Of a stretch of DNA of 64,000 nt, positions 14,955-26,520 are shown piece by piece. The translations under genes were made by a program, and so were the position numbers. Positions within the stretch are counted from its first letter, which is position 1, and every line of letters starts with the position of its first letter. The notes under the pieces were generated by a model that saw nothing but the letters and a program-made list of their open reading frames with translations, had not been told where the DNA came from and searched no databases. Source of the stretch: the human T2T-CHM13v2.0 reference genome, Homo sapiens; assembly GCA_009914755.4 (NCBI GenBank), contig CP068257.2, forward strand, positions 15,296,001-15,360,000. Reading direction: 5' to 3'.

Positions 14955-15380
14955 CATGGAATCAACTTAAGTGTCCATAACGGATGGATTGGATAAAGAA
15001 AATGTGGTACATATGCACCATGGAATACTACACAGACATTAAAAAAAATCACGTCCTTGTCAGCAACATGGATGCAGCTGGAGGTCATTATCCTAAGTGA
15101 ATCAACACAGAAACAGAACATCAAACACTGCATTTTCTCGTAAGTGGAAGCTGAACTGTGGGTACACAGGAACATAAAGATGAAAATAATAGACACTGGG
15201 GGCTCTAAAAGTGGGGAGAGAAAGAGGAGGACAAGGGTTGAAAAACTACCTATTGAGTATCTATGTTCACTCTTTGGGTGATGGGTTCACCAGAATCCCA
15301 AATGCCAGCATTATGCAATACACCCATGCAATAAACCTGCACATGTACCCCTGAATTTGTAATAAAAATTTGAACATCAT
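14955..15380 (+). mobile_element. L1 3'-end fragment in sense orientation (ORF2 C-terminus and 3'UTR)
   Basis: 'ggataaagaaaatgtggtacatatgcaccatggaatactacacag...acctgcacatgtacccctgaatttgtaataaaaatt' corresponds to ORF2 '...KMWYICTMEYY...'. Confidence 0.8.
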
Positions 15381-16744
15381 CAGTCCTTCTTTCCAAAGTT
15401 TTATATTATAAAACCATATCTACTTTTTCTCTGAGGCTACTTTGCATTTACCTAGTTGTATTTTCCCCAAGTAATTATAATCCAGAGAAAGAATGAGTTA
15501 AATGCTATATCAGTGGTATACATTGCAATGATAGAACCAAGAAAGAAAAAAAAATTAAAAAATAGAAACTCACATGGGAAAATTTTGGAATGTCCTCCCA
15601 GAAGATGTGGTTTAAGGAGGGCCTTTAAGGACGGTTAAAACACTGACACACAAAACTTCATCACTGGTGAGGAAATTACACAAGTAAAGAAAGGAAAGGA
15701 GTTTGTGGCAAACAAGGATACATAGATCAGGGAACCAACCAAGGTTAGGTCAAAGCAATAGGATACAAACACACTATTTTTCATATTGTTTTGTGATTCA
15801 AGTTCTGTAACTGCTTAAAAGTCTGGGACATGTGTGCATTATGCAGAATGAGAAGGAAAAGTTAGAGTCAGCAAAAAGAAGGCCAAGATAACCTGCTGTG
15901 ACAAGCAAAGCAAATGAGAAGCTTGTTGGACAAAAATAGATTCTATAATCCAATGCCTTTTCCTGATTGTTGACAGAGGCAGAGTAGATGTGCATAATAT
16001 GGAGCATTTGTCAAGGTGATGTCAAAAGATGATGCTTCCCACCTGGGAACTTAGTTTAGGATTATGACTTACAAAGCGCAAGTAAAGTCATGAATGCAGA
16101 GATCATTGCAAAAAAAAAAAAAAAATCTGTCATTAAAAGTCTTTATATAATCTAATTATATAAATTTGGAATACATATTGAAAAGCTATCTTAAAAAGAG
16201 GTTGTTTTGAAGTTTTATATCATGTTTGTAAAAATAATTTGAGGTAAAAAGTGTCTTCTAGTTGCATCAGGCTATGACAAGTCATGATTTCATTAACTCT
16301 GTAGTTTACCATAACAGTCTAGTTGTATGGTTGTTAAGGGCATTGAAAATTATGTATTAATATTTAATTCCCTTTTTAAATATTTGTGTGGTTCTCTTAT
16401 ACCACTTCCATATGTGGTGGCTATGAATTTCAGTCCATAAACATGAGGGCTCAGGAAATAGCACTTTATTTGCTGTAACAAGTTTTATATGTATGTATGT
16501 AACAAGCTCAGTTTTATTTCTGAGCTGAAGTTGATTTTTCCTCAGTCACTTATTTTTTCTTCCATCCCCAAGACCATTCCATGGTTTCAGTATCTTCAGT
16601 TAATGTCAAGGTATTGTGGGAGGGGGCACTGTCTGGACATCAATCATTTTTCTTCACAGACAACTCTTATTCTTTACATGGCTGCTTCAGTTCTGTCAAT
16701 TCCCTTTAGCTTCCATGCCTTGACTGAGGCCCAGCAACTCTTCT

Positions 16745-17043
16745 CTTTTTTTGAGATCCTGCAAGAAAAGATGACCCTCTGTTGCCCTGGCTGGAGTGCA
16801 GTGGTGTGAACACAACTCACTGGAGCCTCAATCTCCTGGGCTCAAGCTATTCTCCTGCCTCAGGTTCCTGAGTAGCTGGGACCACAGGTACATGCCACCA
16901 TGCACAACCAATTTTTAAAATGTTTTGTAGAGACAGGGTCTCACTATGTTCCCTAGGCTGGTCTCAAACTCCTGGGCTCAAGTGATACTCCCACCTCAGC
17001 CTGCCAAAGTGCTGGGATTATAGGTGTGAGCCACCATGCCCAG
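16745..17043 (-). mobile_element. Alu SINE (minus strand), older and more diverged (AluJ/S-like)
   Basis: 'tttttttgagatcctgcaag...ctgttgccctggctggagtgcagtggtgtga...gctgggattataggtgtgagccaccatgcccaggc'. Confidence 0.85.
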
Positions 17044-17231
17044 GCTCCAGTAACTTTTTTAACGGCTGTCTTCGATTCTTCTTACTAGAATCACCATGCA
17101 GCCAGTTCTCTTTACGATTTGTTTATCTTACTCCCTCCACAGAGGCACTTACTAGGAAAGAGAAGATCATCTCTACTCAGGATTTACCATCCACTTTACC
17201 TCCTTGCTAAGGTAATTTCTTTTATGAGTCT

Positions 17232-17647
17232 CTTTGTTAGTCAATTTGTGTTACTATAAAGAAACACCCAAGACTGGGCAATTCATAAAGAAAAGAGGTT
17301 TGTTTTAGCTCACGCTTCTGAAGGCTGTTAGGAAGCATGGTGCTGGCATCTGTTTCCAGTGAGTCCTCAGGAAGCTTACAATCATGGTGGAAGGGGAAGT
17401 GGGAGCAGGCACATCACATGGCAAGAGAGAGAGCGTGTAGGTGCCAGGCTATTTTAAATGACTAACTCTCACGTGAATATCTGTGAACTGACAATGAGAA
17501 CTCACTCATTACCAGGGGAAGAGCCCCAAGCCACTAATGAAGGCTATGCCTTCACGATCCATACATCTCCACCAGGCCTCACCTCCAACACTGGGGATCA
17601 CATTTCAACATGAGATTTGGAGAAAACACACATCGAAACCATATTAG
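17232..17647 (-). mobile_element. Solo MaLR LTR of THE1/MST type
   Basis: Reverse complement of the THE1-type consensus: 'agactgggcaattcataaagaaaagaggtttgttttagctcac...cctccaacactggggatcacatttcaacatgagatttggag...aaaccatattag'. Confidence 0.75.
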
Positions 17648-19439
17648 TAGGTAAGAAAAATGCCCCTTCAAAATGCTCTAGCTAGCTCCTTCTCAATCCC
17701 TTTCCTGTGGAAAGTCAACTGCTCAGTAGTATGAGTCAGTGACTTTGGAGCTAGGAAGGAACTTGGTCACCATAACCAGCATGTTTTACAAGACTGACAC
17801 CAACAAACCTCTTCAAATTTTCGAATTAGTTGAAGACAAGAAGATTTAGCAAATAAGTGAGTGAATTCAGAATAATAGAAATTGGGTGTCTACTGTTGAA
17901 TAAAGAAGGTAAAAATACTTAAGGGAGAATGGCTGGAGTAAATTTGAGGTATCAGTGTGAACTTAATGATTTTCAATATAAATATAGATACATAGATATA
18001 TGTGTATGTGAGTTTGTATATGCACACACATAATTTTCTAGCTATCCTGTAAGGAGTCCTGAAAGCAATGGCACACTGGCAGTAATTAGCACAAACCAAG
18101 TCCCCAGATTTTGGGTTCTATATTCATTCTCCAATAAAAGAAACCTGATTCTTTGAGAAATGGCTGATTTCAGGGCATGGGTTAGAAAACAAATGAGATA
18201 AATCTAGAGCATTCTATCATGGCAAAATGTAAGAAAGCTTATTCAAAGATTAATGGGGACATTTTAAAAGAACAAAAAAAGTTGAGTTGAAGGGAACCCA
18301 CTGATTAAACCTGCAAAAATTTTAGCATCAAAATAATGATAATAACATATTGTAACCTCTTGAATAAAGTAGGAATAGAAAATAAGCTCCTGCCTTATAG
18401 TAGAATGCCAACTAACAAATATAGAAGGGAGGATGGAATTAGAAAAGCACCGCTTGGCAATAATCTTAGAAATCATTGATTCAGAAAAGGATTATCAATG
18501 GATGCTAAAATTAGTAGATGAGTATTTGATGAGGAACAGGCTATTTACATAGTCTGAAAGTATGTTTCCACAAAATACTTTTATTTACTTGTTATTTAAT
18601 AAGTTTGAGATACTTATTAATTAACATTAAAATGAAGAAAATCTGACAGATTATTTTAAACAAATGGTAAATGATATCATCAATAGTCCAAATATTTATG
18701 CCTTCTATTAGGATGGACTAAGAACAGTGCATTATTTTTGTGGTATTCCTGCCAAAAACATGCATAACTGAAAATAAATTATAAGAAAACACCACAGAAA
18801 ATCTGTATCTTTTTTAAAAGTCAAGGCCATGATACATGAAGAAAGATTTCAAAAGTCTAAGAGGTATGGCCTTTAAATGCAATGTGTGCTCCTGAATTGG
18901 TTCATTGACCAAAAAAGAAATGAAGAAAAGGGGAAACAATTTATTTTACTCTATAATGGGCACTATAAGGAAAACTGGGAAAATCTGAAGTTCTGGGAAT
19001 TAGACAACAGTATTGCATTAACGTTAATTTTCTTATTTTGTTGGGTGTATTAGGGTTATAAAGAAGAATTCCTTTGCTTTTAGGAAACAGAAAATTTCAG
19101 GAATTTGGGCCGTCATGTCTGCAACTTGTAAACAGCTCAAAACAGAAAAAGAGAGAGAAGAAAAATGTACAATGTTAAAAATTGTGGAATCTGGACAAAG
19201 TTTGTAGAGTTCTTTGCACTGTTCTTACAACTATTCTGAAAGTTCAAAATTAAAATTTAACCCAAAAATACTATTGATATATCTTAAAATTCAAACTCTA
19301 TTTTACTTCCTCACTGTTTGTAATTCTGTTAAGGCCATAAGGGTTTGTAAAATAAATGCCAGAAAAGCTTGCAGACAACTTTTACTTTCTACTCTTCCAC
19401 ATATCTCTTTTAAACAAATTTTTGTCAAAATTTTGTGAG

Positions 19440-22335
19440 TACATAGTAGGTATATGTATTTATGGGTACATGAGATGTTTTGATACAGGCATGCAATGTG
19501 AAATAAGCACATCATGGAGAATGGGGTATCCATCCCACATGCGTTTCTTCTTTGAGTTACAAACAATCTAATTACATTCTTTAAGTTATTAAAACATATA
19601 CAATTAAGTTATTATTGACTATAATCACCCTATTGTGCTATCAAATAGTAGGTCTTATTCATTCTTTCCATTTTTTTGTACCCATTTACCATGCCTCCCC
19701 CCAACCTCCAACTACCTTTTTCCTCACCTCTGGTAACCATCCTATTCTCTATGCCCATGAGTTCAATTAATTTGATTTTTAAATCCCACAAATTAGTGAT
19801 AACATGTGATGTTTGTCTTTCTGTGCCTGGCTTATTTCACTCAACATAATAATCTCCAGTTCCATCCATGCTGTGGCAAATGACTGGATGTCATTTTTTA
19901 CTGCTGAATAATACTACATTGTTCATATTTACCACAATTTGACACTTAGGTTACTCCCAAATCTTAGTTATTGTAAACAGTGCTGCAGTAAACACAGGTG
20001 TGAATTTATCTCTTCAATATACTTATTTCCTTTCTTTTGGGTATATACCCAGCAGTAGGATTGCTGGATCATATGGTAGTTGTATTTTTAGTTTTTGAGG
20101 AACCTTCAAACTGTTCTCTACAGTGACTATATTAATTTAGTTTCCCACCAACAGTGTGCAATGCTTCCCTTTTCTCCACATCCTCACTAGCATTTGTTAT
20201 TGACTGTCTTTTGGATATTAGCATTTCTAAAATGCTTTCGATTTGCGTTTCTCTGATGGTCAATGTTATTAAGCACCTTTTCTTATCTGTTAGCCATTTG
20301 TGTGTCTTCTTTTGAGAAATAGCTATTCAAACATTTTGCACATTTTTTCTTATAGAGTTATTTGAGCTTCTTATATATACTGGTTATTAATCCCTTGTCA
20401 GATGAATAATTTGCAAATACTTTTTCTCATTCTGTGAGTTGGCTCTTCCCTTTGTTGCTCATTTTTCTAAGCAAAAGCTTTTTAGCTTGATGTGATCTTA
20501 TTTGTTCATTGCTGCTTTAGTTGCCTGTGCTTGTAGGGTAATACTCAAGGAATTCTTGCCCAGACCAATATCCTGGAGATTTTCCCCAATGTTTCTTTTA
20601 GTAGTTTTATAGTTTGAGGTTTTAGATTTTAGTCTTTAATCGATTTTTATTTTATTTTTGTAGATGGTGAGAGATAGGGGTCTAGTTTCATTCTTCTGCA
20701 TATGGATATCCTGTTTGCCCAGCACTATCTTTGCCCATTTGTAGTGATGTTCTTGTTGTCGTTTTTTGCTTATTGACTTAAGTTTCCTAGAGATTCTTGA
20801 TATTGATATTAAACCTTTGTCTGATGCATAGTTTGTGAATATCTTCTTCAATTCTGTAGGTTGTCTGTTTATTCTGTTGATACATTTTTTTGTTTGGTTG
20901 GTTTTTAACTGTGCAAATGCTGTTTAGTTTTATTAGGTTCCACTTGTCAATTTTTGTTTTTGTTGCAATGGCTTTTGGGCACTTAGCCAAAAATTATTTG
21001 CCAAGGCTGATGTTGAGAAGAGTATCTCCTAGGTTGTGTTCCATTATATTTATAGTTTGAGGTATTAAATTCAAACTTTAATCTATTTTGCATTAATTTT
21101 TATAAATGATGAAAGGTAGGGGTCTAGCCTTAATATTGGGCATATGGCTAGTCAGTTGTCCCAGAACCATTTATTGAATGGGAAGTCCTATCCCCATTGC
21201 TTGTTTTTGTCAGCCTTGTTGAATATCAAATGGTTGTAGGTGTATGGCTTTATTTCTGAGTTCTGTACTCTGTTTCATGGGCCTATGTGTTTGTTTTTTG
21301 TACCATTACCATGCTGTTTTGGTTACTGTAGAATAGTATAGTTTGAAGTTAAATAGTATGCTGCATCTGGCTTTGTCCTTTTTGCTTAACATTACTTTGG
21401 CTACTTAGACTCTTCATTGCTTCCATATAAATTTTAGAATAGTTTTTTCCTAATTCTGCGATGAATGACATTGGTACTTTGATAGGAAGTGTTGAATCTG
21501 TAAATTTCCTTAGAGAGAATGGTCATTTTTACAATATCAATTCTTCCAATCCATGAGCATGGAATGTTTTGCCATTTGTTTATTTCATTTTCTTTGGGAC
21601 TATTGTAAATGGGATTGTGTCCTTGATTTCATTCTCAGCTTGGATATTGTTCATTAATAGAAATGCTACTGATATTTGTACATTGATTTTGCATCCTGAA
21701 AGTTTACTAAAATTGTTTATCAGTTCTAAAAGCCTTTTGGTAGAGTTCTTTGGATATTCTAGGTATAGAATCATATAATCAGTGAAGAGAGATAGTTTGA
21801 CTTTCTCTTTTCCTAGTTGGACCCCTTTTAATTCTTTCTCTTGCCTGATTGCTCTGAGAAGGACTTCCAGTACTTAGTTGAATAGGAATGGTTGTTCCAG
21901 TTCTCAAGGGAAATTATTTGTGCTTTTACCCATTCAGTATAATGTTGACTGTGGGTTTGTCATAAATGGCTCTTATTATTTTGAGATATGTTCCTTTGAT
22001 TTCTAGCCTATTGAGAGATTTTATTATGGAGGAATGCTGGATTTTATCAAAAGCTCTTTTTTTCATCTGTTGAAGAGGTCATATGGTTTTTGCTTTTAAT
22101 TCTGTTTATGTGGTGAATCACATTTATTGATATGTGTATGTTGAACCAGCCTTGCATACTAGGAATAAAGCCTACTTGGTCATGGTGTATTATGCTTTGA
22201 TATGCTGCTGGTTTCAGTCTGCTAATATTTTGTTGATGATATTTGCATGCATGTTCTTAAGAAATATTGGCCTAAAGTTTTCTATTTTTGTTGTGTCTCT
22301 GCCAGACTTTTATATCAGGCTGATTTTTTAAAATT
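19440..22335 (-). mobile_element. LINE-1 3' half in antisense orientation (3'UTR back to the start of the ORF2 RT domain)
   Basis: Antisense ORF2 C-terminal region. The minus-strand track ORFs at 20636-20990 read '...[23 protein letters not shown]...' and '...HHYKWAKIVLGKQDIHMQKNETRPLSL...'. The sequence is collinear with the L1 antisense throughout. Confidence 0.8.
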
Positions 22336-22339
22336 AATT

Positions 22340-23105
22340 TTGTAAAATGCCATGGCAATTATTTAATACTACAACTGCCTGAGGCACCAATACTAGCTGG
22401 TCAAACAAAAAGCTGACCAAGAAGAAAACAAACAAAAAAAATCAGGTAATAATGCAATTAAAAGTACTATAAGCCATCTGGGTTTGAAGGAACAAGTAAA
22501 ACTATGTATACTCACAAGTGACTTAATCTTAAATGAATAAAGTCCTAAGGGTTCCACACACGCCTGAAAAGCTATTCGAACGAATCAGTGACTTTAGCTA
22601 AATTGCAGGACCAATATACAAAAACCAACTGTATTTATCCAATAGCAGTGAACACTCCAGACATAAAATTTAAAGAAAAATTTCATTCACAATTGCCTCA
22701 AAAAAGAACAAAATACTTAAAAATAACTTTAACAAATGTGTTAAGACTTATACATTGGAAACAACAAACATTGTTGAAATGAAGTAAAGAAGACATAAGT
22801 AAATGAAAAGACATTATATTCATAAATTGAAAGACCTGATGTGGTTAAGATAGCAATACTCCTCAAATTTATCCACAGATTCAACACAATACCTATCCAA
22901 ATCTTAACTACTTTTCTTCTTGCAGAAATTGGCAGGATACTCCTCAAATTTATGTGGCAATGCAAAGGACCTAGAATGGGCAAAGCAATCTTGAAAAAAA
23001 GAATAAAGTTGGTGCACTCATTCTTCCTAGTTTGAAATTCACTACAAAGTTGCAATAAGCAAGACAGTGTGGTTCTGGCAAAAGGTTGTAAATAAATTAA
23101 TGGAG
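22340..23105 (+). mobile_element. L1 ORF2 fragment in sense orientation (distal RT region to about '...[14 protein letters not shown]'), embedded between antisense L1 segments
   Basis: '...gttaagatagcaatactcctcaaatttatccacagattcaacacaatacctatccaaatcttaactacttttcttcttgcagaaattggcaggatactcctcaaatttatgtggcaatgcaaaggacctagaatgggcaaagcaatcttg' is the sense ORF2 '[24 protein letters not shown]...FIWNQKRARIAKSIL'. Confidence 0.75.
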
Positions 23106-23430
23106 GGTTTTTTTGTTGTTTTTTTGTTTTGTTTTGTTTTGTTTTGTTTTGAGACGGAGTCTTGTTGTGTCACCCAGGCTGGAGTGCAGTGGTGCGATCT
23201 CTGCTCGCTGCAACCTCTGCCTTTGAGGTTCAAATGATTCTTCTGCCTCAGCCTCCTGAGTAGCTGGGACTACAGCTGCGTGCCACCACGTCCAGCTAAT
23301 TTTTGTATTTTTAGTAGAGAGAGGGTTTCACCATATTTGCCAGGCTGGTCTCGAACTCCTGACCTTGTGATCTGCCCACCTCAGCCTCCCAAACTGCTGG
23401 AATTACAGGCATGAGCCACCAGGCCCAGCC
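23106..23430 (-). mobile_element. Alu SINE (minus strand) inserted at the junction of two L1 fragments
   Basis: Poly-T/(TTTTG)n head, then 'gagacggagtcttgttgtgtcacccaggctggagtgcagtgg...ctggaattacaggcatgagccaccaggcccagcc'. The target-site duplication 'attaatggag' is at 23096-23105 and 23431-23440. Confidence 0.92.
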
Positions 23431-23440
23431 ATTAATGGAG

Positions 23441-26400
23441 TATTGAAGAGGATGTCCTTTCCCCAGTGCATGTTCTTGGCACCTGTGTCAAAAGACAGTG
23501 AGATTAAAATGCATAAACTTATTTCTAAATTCTATGTTCTGTTCCTGTTTTGTAGCCTAATCTGTGGTTTACCCTGGAGAATGTTTTATGCATCAATGAA
23601 AAGAATGTCTATACTGCAGCTGTTAAATAAAATGTTCTGTAAAAGTCTGTTAGGTCCGTTTGCTCTACCATGCAGTTTAAATCCAATGCTTCTTTGTTGA
23701 TTTACTGTATGGATGATTTGTCCAATGCTTAGAGTGGGGTGTTGAAGTTTTCAACTAATATTGCATTAGAGTCTATCTCTCCCTTTAGATTTAATAATAT
23801 TTGTTTTATATATCTGGGTGCAGTAGTATAGGGAGCATAAATATTTACAATTGTTATATCCTTTTGTGGAATTGATCCCTTTATATTTATATAATGACTT
23901 TCTTTGTTTATGGTTTTTTAATCAATGACTGTTTCTTTAAGTATAGCTACTCCTGCTCATTCTCATTTTTGGCTTCCATTTACACAGAATTTTTTTTCCC
24001 ATTCTTTCTTTTTTTGTCTATATGTGTTTTTACAGTGAAATAAGCTTCTTGAAGGCAGCATACAGTATAGTCAGGTGGAGAGTTAAATCTGTTCACATTC
24101 AACATTATTATTACGAGGTGAGGACTTACTCCTGTCATTTTGTTAATTGTTTTCTGGTTGTTTTGTATATCCTTGTTTCCTTTCTTTCTCTTTTATTATT
24201 TATCATTGCAGCTGAGTGGTATTCTGTAGTGGTAATATCTGACTCTTTTCTCACTCTCCTTTGTGAATCTGCTATACCAGTGAGTTTTATACTTTTGCAT
24301 ATTTGCATGATGATGATGATGATCTTTTCACTTTCAAACACAGGACTCCCTTGAATGTTTCTTGTATGGCAGATCTAGTGGTGATTAATTTCTTGTTTTT
24401 CCTTGTTTGGGAAAGACTTCCTTCCTCCCTCATTTCTGAAGAATAGCTTTGCTGAGTATAGTAGTTTTGGCTGCCAGACTTTTTTCTTTCAGTACTTTGA
24501 ATATACCATTTCATTCTCTGCTTGTGAGTAAGGTTTCTGCTAAGAAATCTGCTGTTAGTTTAATGGGCATTCCCTTATATGTAACTTGATGCTTTTCTCT
24601 TGCAGTTTTTAGAATTCTCAGTCTTTGACTTTTAACAATTTGACTAACACATGATTCAAAGAAGCCCTTTTTGGGTTAAACACATTTGGGGACTTTTGAG
24701 CTTGCTTGATCTGAATGTCCATATCTCTTTCCAGACTTAGAAAGTTTTCAGCATTTTTTTTATTAAAGCAGTTTTCTATGCCTTTTTAATCTATTTTCCT
24801 TCTGGAAATTCCATAAGACAAGTATTTCTTTGCTTAATGCCATTTCATAAATCTTGTAGACTTCTTGACTCTTCTTCATTCTTATATTGATTTTCTCTAA
24901 GTGTATAATTTCAAATGACCTATCTTCAAGTTCAGAAATTCTTTCTCCTGCTTGATCAAATCTGCAGTTAAAGCTCTCTATTGTATTTACAATATTTCAT
25001 TCATTGGATTCTTCAGCTGCAGTATATCTGTTTGATTCTTCTTTTACGATATCTATATCTTTGATGAATTTCATGTTCATATCATGAAGTGTCTTCCTAG
25101 GAACTGTCTGTATTTTCTTGGGTTTCCTTGAGTTTCCCGAATATCACTATTTTGAATTCCTTTTATGGCAATTTGTTGATTTCCTTTTTGTTGGAATCTA
25201 ATACTATAGAATTATTATGTTCCTTTGGTTGTGTCATATTTCCTTGCTTTTTCATGTTTCTTGTGTTTCTATGTTGATGTCTATGCATCTGATAGGACAA
25301 TCACCTTTTTCAGATTTTCTAGAGTGACTTTTGTTAAGAAACACTTTTGGGAAAGGTATTGTGGCTCCTGCACATACAGCTATGTGCATGGGTGGTCTTT
25401 TAGATTCTGTAGCTGAATTCAACATTAGTAATAACTGTGGGTGTCTCAGTGGCCTATGTGGTAGAAATTTGTGGTAATAGTAGTGGTGGCATAGATTGTA
25501 AATATCTTTGGAGGTGTGGGATTTGGGGGTTTTCTGTACCTCCACCTGCATTCCCCATAATGGAGAGATAGATGGGGATATTTCTCTTAGTATTAAATCT
25601 AATATGGCCTACAAGCAGCTGCCATGGTCCTAGTTCTGGGTGCAGGTACTCAGAGTGGCTGTGGAGCCAGGGCCCTAGGCTTAGTGTCTTGTGAATCCAT
25701 TGTGGCACCTAAATCTTAGGGTGCAGGTTGGCTTTCTCTGTCAGAGTTGGATGTAGGGTGCCCACGGCACAAGGATCTGACTCTGATGCACCCTGTAGCA
25801 GCTCAGGTCTAGGAGGTGTAGTTGAAGCTCTGATTATACCCCTGGATAGCAGAACACAGACCTGGCCTGACTCTAAGGGAGAAAGAGAGTTCTGTGGGTT
25901 TAAGCCTGGAGTGCAGGGTACAGTTGTAATTCAGGAGCCTGAGATAATAGGGTTCAGTGGCAACTTGCGTCCCTGCAGATGAGATATCATGTAGTGGTGA
26001 ATCTAGACCTTAGGATGATGGGGCTTAGCAGTATCCCAAACTGTTGAGGCCAGGTGCAGCAGCAGCAAGCACCCTAAAATGACTGAGCATGGCTATTGTT
26101 TGAGCCCAGGTGGGAAAGGCAAGAAGCAACACAGCAATGATTCCACTCCATCCCGGGGAATAGAGTCATTGCTGTGCTGCTTCTTGCCCCCCAGGGGGTG
26201 TCTCAGAAGCTCAGATGCTAGGGGTCTAGTCCAGCTTCAGGGAAGCAAGATTCTACAGTTGTTTGGCCTGTAGCGTGGGGTGTCTCAGCTCAGCTTCTAC
26301 TCTGCTTCCCTAGAACGGGTGGTGCTATCTCAGTCCAGCTCTGGCAAGTGGAGCTACTTATCTCAGCCAAGGTAATAGTTATCCAGGTGCAATGTGCCAC

Positions 26401-26520
26401 TTCACCTCAGGCCTGGGAAGTGTGACTGTTCTTGGTGTCCCGGGCCTAGAAATGTATTTTCAGCCTGACTCCCTGTAATGTCAACTGTGTAAAACTTAGG
26501 AATCTCTAAGCAATGAGTAA
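23441..26520 (-). mobile_element. LINE-1 5' portion in antisense orientation: a short ORF2 piece (about aa 895-943), then the ORF2 endonuclease region, inter-ORF, ORF1 and 5'UTR
   Basis: 23441-23570 is the antisense of '...YQNR..NRTEPSE...KQWGKDSLFN'. 23580 onward is the antisense of the endonuclease domain through ORF1 and the 5'UTR. The region is collinear with 1-2400 of this window (for example, 'ttctttcagtactttgaatataccatttcattctctgcttgtgagtaaggtttctgctaagaaatctgctgttagtttaatggg'). Confidence 0.8.
24306..24323. repeat. (ATG)6 microsatellite inside the L1
   Basis: 'catgatgatgatgatgatc'. Confidence 0.85.
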
